Positions 13,401 to 26,842 of a DNA stretch of 64,000 nucleotides are shown here, piece by piece. The DNA comes from Paraspadella gotoi (Eukaryota > Animalia > Chaetognatha), in contig CM119269.1 of NCBI GenBank assembly GCA_051294375.1, positions 22,094,815 through 22,158,814 on the forward strand. The letters are read 5' to 3'. Every line of letters starts with the position of its first letter. The first letter of the stretch is position 1. A program made the translations under genes and the position numbers. Below the pieces are notes generated by a model. The model did not search any database. It was not told the DNA's origin and saw nothing but the letters and a program-made list of their open reading frames with translations.

Positions 13401-16400
13401 AAAAAAAAGAGAGAGGAAGAAAGAAAAAGAAAAAGATAGATAAAGAAATAAAAAAATAGATAAAAAATAAAAAGATAGATAAAGAAATAACAAGTTGAGC
13501 AAACAAGTCGGATCTGCCCACGATCATATCGGTAATTAATTAATTAATTATTAAGTTAATTAATTATTTAATTAATTAATAATTAATTTATTCAAGTTAA
13601 TTATTTAATTAGTTAGTCAATTTGATCCGAAATGTTTGTTTTGATTGATTAATTTACTGTTTAATTAATTATTGATTAATTAATTGACTAATATATTAAT
13701 TAACTGATTAATTATTTGATTAATTAATACATCTTGCATTTACATTTAAAATAAAAAGAAAAAGAAGCATAATCAATTGGTGAAACAGGTTCTTTGTTTT
13801 TTCTATTTAAACTCATTTCCACTCAAACAATTTCATCGAAACTTGATTTCTCGTTTAACCACGCACTTTTCTACCCAAATACAAAAGTTCAAGTCAATCG
13901 CCCCATCCACTCATGAGTAATTGGTGTTCAAATAGTAAAATATATATATTTTTTTCCATTTAAACTCATTTCCACTCGGACGATTCCATCGAAACTTTAT
14001 ATCCAGCTCAATCACACACTTCCCTACCCACACACAAAATTTCATTCCAATCCATCCATCCAATCACGAGTAATTGGCGTTTTTTGCTAAGGTAGGACGG
14101 ACGGACAGACGGACGGATGGATGGACGAACATCATTTTTTTGCATAACTTATCATAATTCGATGTTCTGACAAGATATAAGTGAATACCCGACGGACCGA
14201 CAAAGTGAATTATAGAGTCGGGAAGCTGCTGATAGATAAAAAAGAAAAAAAAGGGAAAAAAAGATAAAGAGAGAAGAGAGAAAAAGAAATAAAAATGAAA
14301 ACGTCACTCTCTCCCCTTAATCATGTGACAGCGTTACACTTGGAAGGCGTGAAGGCCGACATCGGCCGAGTGCTGCATCAAATCCGTCGAGGCTTCGTGC
14401 GACTGGAAGACTCCGTCCGCGCGATCGAGGCGAAGGAAGAGCAACTGAAGACGAACGTGGATGCGGTGAAGACGGAGATCGTCGACATCTTCGTCAAGTA
14501 CAAACAGGTTATATCTTTTTGCTTCCCTCTATTTCCGAAAGCGCCCCCATTTCATCTTAAATCAAGAATTAAGATTATGGGTAAGGGGTGAGGGATAGAG
14601 AGATAAGGAGTTAAGGATTAGGTTAGGAATTTTGGTTAAAGTTTTGGTTAGTAAATAGGGTTTAAGGGTTAACAATTTGATTAAACTAAAACAAAAATTA
14701 ATTCATTTAATAATTTAAAATAAATATTAATTTATTGATGAGAAAGCCAAGTAATTTGTGAGTTTAAAAATTAGACTGGTCTAGAGTATTATTTTTGAAA
14801 GCTAAACTAAATGAATATAATATGAAATGGGAACAATAAATACAATAAATCAATGAACAAGCATAATAAGAATGCTAATGAATCATTTAGGAACTGGAAA
14901 ACCGGGAAGGGGTTCTCAACACGGAAGTTAACATGTTCGGAACTTCGGAAACCCGACGCCTGGCGACGCAAAAAGAAAACCTCCAAACAGTTCTTCAACA
15001 AATGAACAACTTTTGCGACAATACGGTTCGTCGAAAATTTTAGAATTTTTTTTAGCTTAAATTTGAGTGTTTTTATTATTCTTACTATTTTGTTTCTTTT
15101 TTAATGTTTACAGGAAAGACAACTGGGAAATGATGTCGATGATGTTACTGACAGCGAATTAATGAATCTTAAGCATCAGTGCGGAATCAACATGAACTCA
15201 TTAAGAGCGTAAGCGCTTGATTTCTGTCTCAATTAGTAATGATAATTAATTAAATATTTAAATGTTGAAGTCAAATTTAGTCGTCCGATTAAATTTAGAA
15301 TTTAAATTTTTATCAAAGAGACGGTAGTTTTTTGTAACAATTGCAACAATCATTAAACTAAATCTCGAGTTTTTACGTTGTAAACCTAAGATTATAATTT
15401 TTAATCTAACTTTACCAATTCGGGCTTCGTTTTTTTTTTATCAGCTACGGCCCTGAAAACGTTGACTCTAAGCGGATCCGGTTCAAGTCGGAAGGGAGAC
15501 ATCTCAACGCAGCCCTCGTCGTATTTGGGCAGATTATAGAGACGGGAACCGGTGAGTCTAATATTTAATCAATTAGATAATGCAATATGAATTTGAAACT
15601 AATAATGAATACGAAGGTAAGGCTAATCCAATTTTTTTATTACTAATAAGATATGCTAGATATTTTTTAATAAAGATAATATCAATTAAATGGAATAAAT
15701 AAGAAAATTTTGGTTATCCATTTCTTTATCGTATTTTAAAACCAGTCGTGACCGATTTATGAAAAGATCTTAAATTTATTTCTATAATGACTTTGAAATA
15801 ATCCCATGGATTATTATTCTTGTTAATGTTTGTTATCTCTTTTGTTTTTGATTATCAGACTTATTTTTAACCTTATGATAAACTTTTGATATTAAAATTG
15901 AAATGAACTCATTAAGGTTCTCACTCGGCTCATCTTACGTCACGAGGAAGTCCCTCTGATTCGCCAGATAGTCCGAGGACCAATCGGCCATTCACGAGTC
16001 GATTTCTCACCGCGGAAAGGGTGAGTTATATTACAACTTATAACAAGGTCGTGGGTCGATCCTCGGGCAAAACAGTTGTTATTTCATAAGATTAAATGCT
16101 GCTGGATCTAAAGAGACAAATAACTTTACCAGCTTGACACACCTTTTGCGAGGGGCCCGACCCTATAACTGTAAAGATTTTAACATTTAACATCCAGTAT
16201 TAATTTTTAGGAAAGGGCTGCTGCCGCCGCTGCGGCAGCCGCCGCCGCATCTGCGTCGGACAACAGCGCTGCGGCGTCGACTGCTGAGTCCACGACGGCT
16301 TCGACGGAGGCGTCGACAGAGGACTTGACGGCTTTCGGAAGAAGCAACTCATTTCATTTCGGTGGACAAGGAAGGAGACTGGGTTAGTTAATAAGTTAAG

Positions 16401-19400
16401 ATTAATCTATGAAAATTATGATGAAAATCAATGTCTATTGTCTGCCATAAATTACACCAAAGCCGTTCCAAAGTCCGCGTTTTACCATTTGTATAAGATA
16501 ATAAGATTATATTTGTATGTCTAGGTTGTATGAGATATTTTTCATACTTAATGTCAAAATTGATCAAATCTGTATTTTCAACTTGTATGATAACTAACTT
16601 TAGCCTGTCCGAAGACAGGAGGAAAGATAATTTCATAAATAAACCAATAATTCTTTATTGGTTGGACCAATGTTATGTAATTATTATTGATAATTGAATC
16701 CTGTATTAATGATATTTCAACTTTTAAAATTTCTATTCCAGGTCGATCATCTGACGATTCTACATCAAATTCTACAGCGAATTCTCCATCACGTGATACC
16801 ATCGCTAGCAGACGACTCGCCGCTTTGACCGGAAGTAGTGTAGCCACGCCCATCTCGAACGGCCCGGCAACGCCTCCGAGCAGCGCGGGACAAAGCGCAA
16901 CAAATGTCGACTCACCTGAGAATTCCGGTATGTAACTAAAACCCAAATCAATTTACTTCTTGGGCTTTAATCTATATCATAATGTATATATTTTATTTTA
17001 AATTTAAAAAAATATGGTATAACATGTAATCTTGTAAATTTCATAAACACATTTAAAGAATTTTTGTATAATTTTTTTTTTCTAAAGGATCGACCGGCTC
17101 TGCCTCTGATGAAAGCCATGGCCGAAGGTTAGTTACTTAATTTAAAAAAAAACAACTTTACAATATACAAAAACAAGTACATTAAACTATAAAGTTACCA
17201 TACCGTAATTTTACGTTGGAAAGCTTCAAGTTCGTTTCCCGCTTTTATCCTTTTTTTAACGCCTAATTAATTCACATTAATTTTCCTCGACCAAGCCAGT
17301 TTCAAGTTTTAAGTAATTTATACTTAACGCTGGCTTCGTCTTCAACCCGTTACTTTTTCCGCTTTTCGTTTCCCCATTTAAATGTGAACTAAATGTCTCG
17401 TCCGCCGCTCTTACCGTTTGTGGCGTCTGAAGCCTCGACGCCGAGGCTGACCGACTTTTGGGCCGGATTACACGGCCTCGTACGAGGGGGCGTGCCGAAA
17501 CGGAACTGCTGACCCCTTGGACGCCGAGAGACCGTGCCGCGCAGGCACAGCCGCAAAGGTGGGGTTCTTTTTGTTTTGCTGTATCTGTGTAAATCAATGA
17601 GTTTTCCTTGAACGCCGTATTCTCTCTCAGTACTATGTAGGCCAGACATGATCAAATCAAATGATAATCGAATATCAATAAAACAATAACGCGAAATGAT
17701 GATTATAAATTTTAAATTTCTGTCGACACGAATTTCGCTCGAACAGAAATATTTTTTTCGAGGGGTTTAGGTTATGGGTTCGAGCCCTAGACGTAAATTT
17801 TTTTGTAATCAGAGAGCCTTACGTCCGTTTGTGAATTGTGCCAGCCAAATAAACTTCCCGTCTGACTGGATTAAATTCGGAAATTTAGATTCGCTTTTAT
17901 ATTTACAGATCTGGCAGCGCAGAAGTGGACCCCGGAAGTAGGGAATTATCCCCGGATGATACTGAATCCGTTACGTCACGAATTATGAGGCGACTCAACA
18001 CAATGGGACTTGGTTTTGAAGAAGTCGCCGCTTTTAGTTCAGCCAGATCATCGGGAAGAGGACAGGTTCGTATTGATGGACGGTCGAGAATACATGGCAC
18101 TTTTGTCAATTATTCGTGTGGAATGACGAGAAAAACAGCTTAGAAATTTATTCATACGCATTAAATAAACAACCTATAATGTTATAGGTTCTTGTATGGC
18201 GAAAGAACTAGTGAACAGTGGTTAGTAAAATCGTCTGAAACATAAGATATAAAATATTACAATTCGATAGTTTGAAAGTCACAAAATTTATTCACTTTCA
18301 TAAAGAGACTGGTAATCACGGTAATTGGTTTGTTTTGATGATTGACGAACAACGACGGCTGTGCGCTTTTATTCGAATGCAACAGTGGTAATTCAATGCA
18401 AACATCTTTAAAAAACAATATACAAACATTTTTTAAACTATCATTGAAGATGGCATCGGAATCAAAGAGAAAATATTGGAATGAAATCGGAATCGAATCA
18501 GAACCAAACCGGAACTTAAATATCGACCGCCAAAATTGCGTATTCATCATTAAAGATTCAAATATCATGTCAATATATTTAAATAGTGTTCTTATTTCGC
18601 AGCCACAATCGGCAGAGACCTCGGAGACTCGGCTGACCAACTACTTGACGAAGTCGACCACGACCCTTAAGTTCGGACGACGCGGAGCCGACGAGGCATG
18701 CTTCACTTGGCCGAGGGGCGTGGCAGTCAATGACGACGGGGAAATAGTCGTCGCCGATTCATCCAATCACAGGTCTGCCTGTCTGTCTATGACTCTCTCT
18801 CTCTCTCCCCCCCTCCGTCAATCATTCATTTTCATTCTCTTTTTTTCTCTTGGTCTCTATGACCTATCTCTCATTTTCCCCAATTTGATTGTATCTGTCT
18901 TTCAGTTTTTCTACATCTCTCTCTCTCTCTCTCTCTCCCAGAATCCAAGTGTTCGACTCGGACGGGACCTTTCTTCGCCAATTCGGCCGCTACGGTCAAA
19001 GCGATGGGGAATTCGATTGTTTGGCGGGAGTTTGCATCAATCGCTCCAACGGTCAAGTCGTTATCGCCGATCGGTACAACCACAGGTGCGATGAGCTAAA
19101 GTCCCTGGATTGTTTAAACGTTTATCAACAGTTAACTCCACTAAAAATAGTTATTCTTTTTGCCAAAATGTCTCTCGGCCTCTGTTTCTCTCTTTCGGAT
19201 TTTAACTTAACTTTGATGATATTTATAAACTCTTCTCGATAATGTTTTCCAGACTTAACGTTGCGTTTTAGATTCAGAGAGAAAATCAAAGTTTATTTGG
19301 TTTACAAATAACCATTTTTTATTTTTAAATGTGTAAATCTACTTGACAGCGTTGCTTTTAAAGACTTTGCATAAATGATTTAAATTTCTCTCTCTCTCTC

Positions 19401-21225
19401 TCTCTCTCCAGAATACAAATCTTCACGCCGCAAGGGGGCTGGATCCGCTCGTTCGGCGAAGAAGGCTACTGGGACGGTCAGATGTCCTACCCTTGGGGCG
19501 TGGCTTGCGCTCCCGACGGAAATATTTTCGTTTGTGATAAGGAAAATCACAGGGTCCAGGTATGAAGGATAATCGTGTGATAATCATCCGGTTTTTTTGT
19601 TTCTATTCACGCTTAATTCGATCGAATGTTACATGGTTTAATGTTTAGTTAAATTTATGATTTCTAAGCTAGGTCTAGTCTTGTTTTTTGGTTAAGGTAA
19701 GTTTACAAGGTAAGTTTGAGTTTGTCAGATTTAGTTTATTCCGATTAGTTTCCGTATTTCTATCCGTGACTCCGTCTCTATCAAGGTATTCCACCCGAAC
19801 GGGACGTTCATGTACTCCTTCGGCCGACTCGGTTGCGACGACGGCTGCTTCGAAAATCCTCACTACGTGGCCGTCGCAGAAGACGGAGAGAAAGTCCTTG
19901 TCTCTGACTCTGGAAATCACAGAATACAGATTTTCACGGCTACAGGTTAATTTTAAGACATTGTTGGGGGAGGCGTTGACTCGTTGGAACGTGAGAGCGA
20001 GCGAGCGAGCGAGCGTGAGCGAAAGAGAGGGGAACCGACTTCAATTCTAAAACTTCTGAAATGTCCGTGAATTTCCCCCAAGAAAGATAAGGTAAAATAA
20101 TTTCGCATAATTTCACGGAAACATCAGGTCAACATATCCAAACGATCGGACGCGAAGGGACGTTGAACGCGCAATTCAAATATCCGCGCGGAGTCGTTTT
20201 CGATCGAGAAGGATTCATACTTGTTGGCGACTCTGGAAATAACCGAGTCCAGGTAGTTTGATTTTCGTACATGACATTCGTAATATTCTAAGTTTTTATA
20301 TCACTTATAATATTAAAAAATAAACCCAGTTTAGCTTATTACAATCAGGACCAAGGACCAAAAAAAGGGGACCGGGGAGGAATTAAGGCCTGATAGTGGT
20401 CACATTGGTCAGGGATACTTTTATACTATAGTTATTCTTAAGATATTGTGATCTTTTATTTAACCTTATTATCGGGTCATGGGATATTAATCAGCGAACA
20501 CTCGATTCGATCCCACATACATGCAACGATTTGTCGCGTGTAGGAAAATTAATTAATATATAAAATTATATAGAAAGTCTGAACTATTTAGAAGATGCAA
20601 GGATTAATAGATCGTTCGGTTTTGAAGTTCCGAACAAATAGGTTTGATTAGTCTCTTGTTCGTTGTTACTAAGTGTTCAATATTTGTTTTTACTCTTTCT
20701 ATGTATATATATATAGCTCCGATACAATTATATAATCATCCATTACTACAATATGCAATGAGATTGAGTAAGTCGAATTTCATTGCGGCACCTTTTATTC
20801 TTCCACCACAGGTGTTCCGGCCGGACGGTTCCTTTTACGCCGCCTTCATGAGCTGGGGATCGATGGATGGACAGGTTAGCGGGCTAAATTTTACTTTCGC
20901 CAATCGCGGTTTTGGCGGATTTTAAAAAACGACTTAAAAATATTTATTAAAAAAAAAAAAGTAATTACCCTAATCCTAAACCCTCTTAACCTTAACCATC
21001 CCTAACCCTAAACCACCCTTAACCCTAACCCCGGTCGGCGAAAGTAAAGGTAACCCGGTTAGCGATTATTAACGAAATGCTTTTAACTTGGGATTGAGTT
21101 CAAGATTTAAATTTAATGAAAAAAAAATCTATTTTTAGGTGAAAGGAATAGAAGGTTTGGCGCTGACGGACGGCGGTGGCGTTGTCGTCTGCGACAGAGA
21201 AAATCATCGCATCCAAGTTCTTTGA
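10461..21225 (+). CDS. TRIM-NHL E3 ligase, NHL-1 / Drosophila thin (abba) type
   Basis: RING (LLTCAVCLDR..PKLLPCQHTFC..PC.EGL..CPECRAEH), B-box (CPLCD..CSHCQRRICAGC, 13020-), coiled coil (14331-15208), Ser/Ala-rich linker, NHL repeats (FTWPRGVAV..VADSSNHR, YPWGVAC..DKENHRVQ, YPRGVV..DSGNNRVQ, CDRENHRIQVL*). Confidence 0.92.
10759..10879 (+). other. RING exon variant A (121 nt)
   Basis: Encodes YKKPKLLPCQHTFCQEPCMEGLVNWLYRKLDCPECRAEHR, AG/GT bounded, phase 2 to 0. Confidence 0.9.
11373..11493 (+). other. RING exon variant B (121 nt)
   Basis: Encodes FNRPKLLPCQHTFCETPCLEGLINYVKRKICCPECRAEHW, AG/GT bounded, same length and phase as variant A. Confidence 0.9.
13166..13490. repeat. Purine-rich (GA/A) low-complexity tract in an intron
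   Basis: (GA)n followed by A/G-rich degenerate repeats. Confidence 0.9.
14090..14225 (-). mobile_element. DINE-1/Helentron-like fragment
   Basis: GGAC/GGAT microsatellite followed by gaccgacaaagtgaattatagagtcg, matching the element ends at ~54970-55010 and 55142-55180. Confidence 0.55.
20882..21056 (+). mobile_element. GG-terminated MITE (Merlin-like) with telomere-like interior
   Basis: TIRs ggctaaattttactttcgcc / ggcgaaagtaaaggtaaccc; perfect 8-bp TSD ggttagcg (20874-20881, 21057-21064); internal taaccc repeats. Confidence 0.85.
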
Positions 21226-22242
21226 TCATTTCGACGGTTGCTGATGGGCGTCCGTTGAAGTCAATAGCGATTGGAGTAACGCAGAGCTGAAATTGTGTTT
21301 TTTCTAATAACCAAATTTGATAAATTTAATGTAGTAGCTCTTTTAAGCTGAGGAAATAAAGGGAGAGACACTTGTATAACGTTAACAGCAAGAGCATATT
21401 TTGACAGCGAAACATTGGAGAGTTTGGGATTTTGTGGAGTTGTACGTACATCTTCATGAATGATGAACTTATGAAGGTCTTTCGGCTTCTTTAAACATTT
21501 GAAACCTGCTTGTTCATTTGAAAAAAACTGTCTAACGGAACGTTTATAAAGCCTCTTGCCTTGGCTTTTGCTACAAAGCAAAGCAAATTTATTAAAGCTT
21601 TATTTTAAATGAAACTAGTTAAAGCGAATAGATCGCCTAAAACCGCATTTGAACCATTTATTCCTTAATTTATAATTTGTATGCAAATAAAAAATATCGT
21701 TTTTCAGGACCATAGCAATATTACATCAAACGGACTTAAAATCAAAATGCCTCAGTTTTGAAACCGCGTGCGTGCGTTTCTACAAAATATTTAATTTGCT
21801 ATTAATGTTACTAGCATAATTTTACATGGCTTTTAACCAAACTGGTTAAATTATTTCCAATTTTTAGTTTGGGCAAGCATAATTTATACACTGATAATGA
21901 GACTGCATGCTTGGGATAACTTTTTGTTCGATGATTTTCTCGCAGAATTTTTGTTTTACTTCAGAAATGAGTCAGAGTTAGTCAAGGTTATAAAAGCTAA
22001 AAAGTTAATCCTAATGCTATTGAATTAGCTTTTTTTTAAATCTTTGTCTCATGAATCCAAAGCAACAAAGAAATAAACAAAATTTAGAAAATTTTTTATT
22101 ATTTTTCTATAAAAGTAAATCTTAAAAACAAACAAGCGTACCATATGATTGTTAACAGAGACGAATATTCGGCCATAAGACCAAGTGGTAACTATGTATT
22201 CTAAAATTTAAATATAACCTAAAACTAAGTTTTAACTAAAAT

Positions 22243-24378
22243 CTAAAAGTTCACCAGAGGGCGTTCTCCCAGTATTCGTCCTTGAGGAATTCCGCCGCTT
22301 CTTCGGTGGATTTCGTTCGAAGTCGCGGCTGCTTGTGTTGGCGAGCGGGACAGTCTTGACACGGACCCGATGTCGCCGACCCCAATGGACGAACAGAGTA
22401 AACAAACCTTCCCGCTTGGATGTCAGACTCCCAAGCCTAAGAAAATAAGAACAATATTCTAGTATTCTAATTGATTGGAAATAACTTGAATTTATAATTT
22501 AACTTGATTTAACTTGAATTAATAAGTTAACTAGCCTGTGCAAAGTCAGGGGCAAGATAGCTTGTTTACTCAATGCATGAAAAGTTTTCTTATTGGTTTT
22601 ATCATTTTAATGCTGATTATTTTGTCTAAATAATTAATTATTGCTTAAATTTTATATTCATAAACTTTGTACCTAGTATCACTTTTACGTCACTAAATGG
22701 CAACATTTAAAATAATAGTAATAATTTATCAATTATTACATGTTTTCTCCCGTCAGAGCCTACCTTTCCGAGGACCTTGTACAGCTGCAAAGCCGCGGTA
22801 GCGTCTTCCACAGAATCGTGTTCCCCTTGCTGGATGACCCGACCCAGAATGAGTCGAGTCAGCGCCTTCAAGCCTCGACCCGGTCGTGAAGTGTCGTGCG
22901 TTACGGCGGGAGTGGAATGAGACGTTGAAGGGTTACAAAAGGTGGAACGGGACGTTGAAGGGTTACAAAAGGTGGAACGGGACGTTGAAGGGTTACAAAA
23001 GGTGGAACGGGACGTTGAAGGGTTACAAAAGGTGGAACGGGACGTCGAAGGATTACAAAAGGTGGAACGGGACGTCGAAGGATTACAAAGGGTGGAAGGG
23101 GACACCGAAGGGTTACAAAGGGTGGAAGGGGATGCCGAAGAATTACAAAGGGTGGAACGGGACGTCGAAGGATTACATAGGGTGGTACTAGTCGAATGAA
23201 GAGTCTCAGCAGCCAAATGTTGGAGAGGCGGATATCTGAAAGAAGAAAAAAAAATTTAGGCGGTGACTGTTCAGTTTTCATTAACCATTAAAGCGTAGCA
23301 AAAATAAAACCTGTGAACATTTTTAAATAAAATAATTATTTTTTATTTTTCAATTTCGCATACGCCCATATTTATACATAGTATAAAATGTTCAAATTTT
23401 AAAATGTTTTTTTCCTATTTTTGAAAGCAGATTCGAATTCCTCACGAAAAGTTGATAAAAGGAAATAACTCTTTTTAGAAAATTATTTCATTAAGTGGGT
23501 CAAAATTCGAAAAAACTGTTATAGTTAACCTATAATTTAGTTTTAGTATAAAAAATATATTTTTTTAAATTTTTAACTAATTTAATGAAATAATTTTTTT
23601 AAGACTTATATTTTCTTTTATCAACTTTTTATGAGGAATTCGAATTTTGACATTTTCTATGGTAAGTACTATGTATAAATATGGGCGTATGCGAAAATTG
23701 ATAAATTTTTAAAAATATTTTTTATATATCAATGTTCGGCTAAAAATTTATCCTAAATTTTACTGTCGCCGACCGCGGTTTTGGCGCCTTTTGAAAAACC
23801 ACTTAAAAATACTTTATTTTTCCGCGTTTGCATACCAAAAAATATCACCGATCTGCAAACTCAGGTTACTGAAATTGAATCAATATTCTCACACATTCTA
23901 CTGACCTGGACGTGTCCCGCACGCGCTCGTCCGGAATCCTGAAGCCCAAAGCGGCGAAGTCATTCTCGAGCGCGTGGCCGACGACTCTCTTCCCGACGAG
24001 TAGACTTCGCGCGCGTTCGACGGCCTCGTCAAAAGGAAGCGCGTGACGCATGTGACCAGGACGGATACCGGAGAAACGTGTCCGATAATCCGTGATGGAA
24101 TCGAGACCCGTGGCCGGTATCACGTGAACGTCCATCAAGACAGCGCCATCTTCGGCGATGATGCTGCATCGACCCAAGGCGCTCGTCATCTTGAAGCCCA
24201 CGCCGACCATTTCGCAGTCCAAGGCAACGACGGAATCGGGTTTGGAGTCACCGTCCAAAATCGGAAGGGATTCCAAGTGAAGCTGAAAGGGAGTGACGCG
24301 AGGGCAGCGGCAGCGGCAGCCGCCGGTCGGCCCGCGCCTTCGTCGGTTCTTTCGTTTGTTCTCTTTCGAGTTTTCCAT
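22243..24378 (-). CDS. DEDDh 3'-5' exonuclease, AEN/ISG20L/REXO4 family (most like AEN)
   Basis: Exons 24378-23906 (VALDCEMVGVG, DYRTRFSGI, VVGHALENDF, RDTS), 23235-22764 (HDSVEDATAALQLY), 22436-22243 (FLKDEYW, like the AEN C-terminal DQYW motif). Confidence 0.88.
22912..23178. repeat. 30-bp coding minisatellite, ~9 units
   Basis: Unit gacgttgaagggttacaaaaggtggaacgg with graded variants; encodes STFCNPSTSR on the minus strand. Confidence 0.95.
23315..23737. mobile_element. Palindromic MITE in exonuclease intron 1, abutting a truncated GG-MITE at ~23738-23815
   Basis: tttcgcatacgcccatatttatacatagta is inverted as tactatgtataaatatgggcgtatgcgaaa, with further inner arm similarity. Confidence 0.75.
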
Positions 24379-24526
24379 TTTTTATTTCCGTTCTTTGACG
24401 CGGAAGTACGAATCGGGCAATCTGGTTTCCTATGGAAAAATTTAAAATGGGCGAATTCAAATAAAATCTGGGCCAATTTTAAACGGTGATAGGATTTGTC
24501 ATGAGCAATGAAAAATAAGATTATGC

Positions 24527-25960
24527 GGCGTTCCTGGAGTTGAATTCGCTCTGGAGGCTTACGGGAAAACGAAAAAAAAGAGGAAAAAATAAAGTTCGTT
24601 TCTTTACGGAAAAGAAAATTTAAGACCGTAACAACAATGATATTAAAAACGTTTTTAAACTTCACGAGCTTAGGATTTCTTTTTAATTCTTTAAAAAATT
24701 TAATTATAATATTTTTTATTACCTTAGATAAATATTTACCAAATAACAGTTTTTATATGTGATAACTACGATCATTTAATAATTCGGATATGTTTTGTTC
24801 TTGTTTTTTGATCCTTCATCAACCAGTTTTAATAAAATTATAAATATTTGGATACTAACTTTAAAAAAGAAGCAATTTTAACCTCAATATCTCTCACTCT
24901 TTCCGAATTATTAAATGACCATTGTAATCATAAATAAAAACTCTGTTACTTTGTAAATATTATTATTATATTTTTTATAAATTTATTAATATTTAAATAT
25001 TCTTTTTTGAAATGTTAAATTATTATATATTTAAACCAAAACTTAATTTTAAATTTAACTTTAATTTACCCTTAACTTACCCCTAACCCAAACTTACCCC
25101 TAACCTAAACTTACCTCTACCTGTAACTTACCCCTAACTTACTTTTACCCCTAACTTAACTTTAACCCTTACTTTTAATCTTAATTTACCCCTAATTTAT
25201 TTTTAACTTTAATTTATTTTTAAAAAATAAATTAAGGTTAAAAATAGGGTAAGTTAAGGTTAGGGGTAAATTAGGGTTAGGGTAAGTTAGGTTAGGGGTA
25301 AGTTAGGGGGTTTGGGTAAGTTAAGGGTAGAGGTAAGTTTAGGTTAAAGATAAGTTTGGGGTGAGGGTAAGTTAGGGGTAAGTAAAGGGTAAAGGTAAGT
25401 TAATGTTAAGGGTAAGTTTGGGTTAAGGGTAAGTTAAGGGTAAATTAAAGTTAAATTTAATTTTTGGCTTAAATATACAATAATTTAATATTAAAAAAAA
25501 GAATATTTAAATATTAATAAATTTATAAAAAATATAATAATAATTTTCATAATAACAGTTTTTATTATAATTACAATGGTCATTTAATAATTCGGAAGAA
25601 TGAGAGAGATCAAGGTTAAAATTACCTTTCAGTTAGTATCCAAATATTTATTAAAACTGGTTGATAAAGGATCAAAAAACAAGAACCAAAACATATCCGA
25701 ATTATTAAATGATCGTGGTTATCACAAATAAAAACTTATTTTGTAAATATTTATCAAAGCCAATGAAAAAAAAATTTATAATTAAATTTGTTAAAGAATT
25801 AAAAAGAAATCCTTAGCTCGTAAAGTTTAAAAACGTTTTTAATATCATTGTTGTTACGTCTTAAATTTTTTTTTCTATAAAGAAACGAACTTTATTTTTT
25901 CCTCTTCTTTCTTTTCGTTTTCCCATAAGCCTCCAGAGCGAATTCAACTCCGGGATCGCC
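24527..25960. mobile_element. ~1.43-kb foldback element (near-complete palindrome) with telomere-like core arrays
   Basis: Arms of ~700 bp inverted about ~25221 with almost no spacer; (aacttacccct)n on the left and (agggtaagtt)n on the right. Confidence 0.9.
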
Positions 25961-26842
25961 AAATTTATTATTGGAAAGGTACAGTTAGCCAATTTGTTTA
26001 TCAAGTTAGATGGTAGTATCGCCGTCCCAGTTTATTGGCGTTTCCCCTTTGTAGCGCTATGGAGAGCCACTGAAAGAAAAATTTACACTGAACGTGAGAA
26101 TAACGAAGCCAGGATTATTGTTATTGCCGGTGACTCCACACGTGTTGACGCGGCGGTTCAGATCCCGACACGGCAGCATATGGTTGGAGGGAGCAGGTGC
26201 TGCTGCTGACGCCGCGGGAGCAGCAGCGACATCTGTGCAAAAGTGAACATATTCCGAAACTTTCTCCGAAAAAAAAGACGTGTAAAGAAGCCCCTCCTCG
26301 ACCTAGCGGAGAGTCAGGGACAAGATAGCTTATTTATTAAATGAATGGATAATTTTTATATTGGTTGTACCAATTTCATACATTTTTTTGGTCAGTAATA
26401 TTAATTTTAAAATAAATAGTTCTAAATTGATTTTAAATGCTATTTTTATGTTTGAGGTAAAAAATGAATTGCTTACATAGGAGTTTTATAAAAAAACAAA
26501 TTTTGGATATATTTTAACTTCAATGTAAGCTTTTATCAGCGCAAAAACGAATTGATTTATAAAATAAATATTTTTAGACTCTCTTTCTCTTCAAATATAA
26601 TTTTATAGAATAATGTTAATGTGTCTGAACAATCTGCTTTTCCACAACTACAATCAAAGCCTTTTTTATTTTATAGTCTTTTAGTTGAAAAAAATATAAA
26701 TAAAAATCGATTTTCCCATTAAATTTTAAAACACTCGAGTTTAAAAAATCATATCTCCTAAACTACTTGATTATAATAAAATATAGACATCGATTCCTTT
26801 TTTAATAAATTTTATTTTTTTTATATAATTTTTAAAAATGTC

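Noticed and set aside
13032-13527. Phe/Leu/Ser-rich ORFs (also 46580, 52601, 57191, 57194)
   Set aside because: Translations of microsatellite and low-complexity DNA.
14891-15025. Apparent frameshift in a TRIM-NHL coiled-coil exon
   Set aside because: Recounting the A run gives an open frame (QKENLQTVLQQMNNFCDNT).
17770-17880. B-box-like ggttcgagccc (similar motifs at ~16055 and ~20502)
   Set aside because: Possibly SINE remnants but too short and degenerate to call.
22886-23281. Overlapping ORFs in other frames (VERDVEGLQK, RWNGTLKGYK, RPVPPFV)
   Set aside because: By-products of a stop-free 30-bp repeat; only one frame joins the nuclease motifs.
25060-25450. Telomere fusion site
   Set aside because: The repeats are degenerate, lie inside a multi-copy foldback element and run CCCTAA then TTAGGG, the reverse of an end-to-end fusion.
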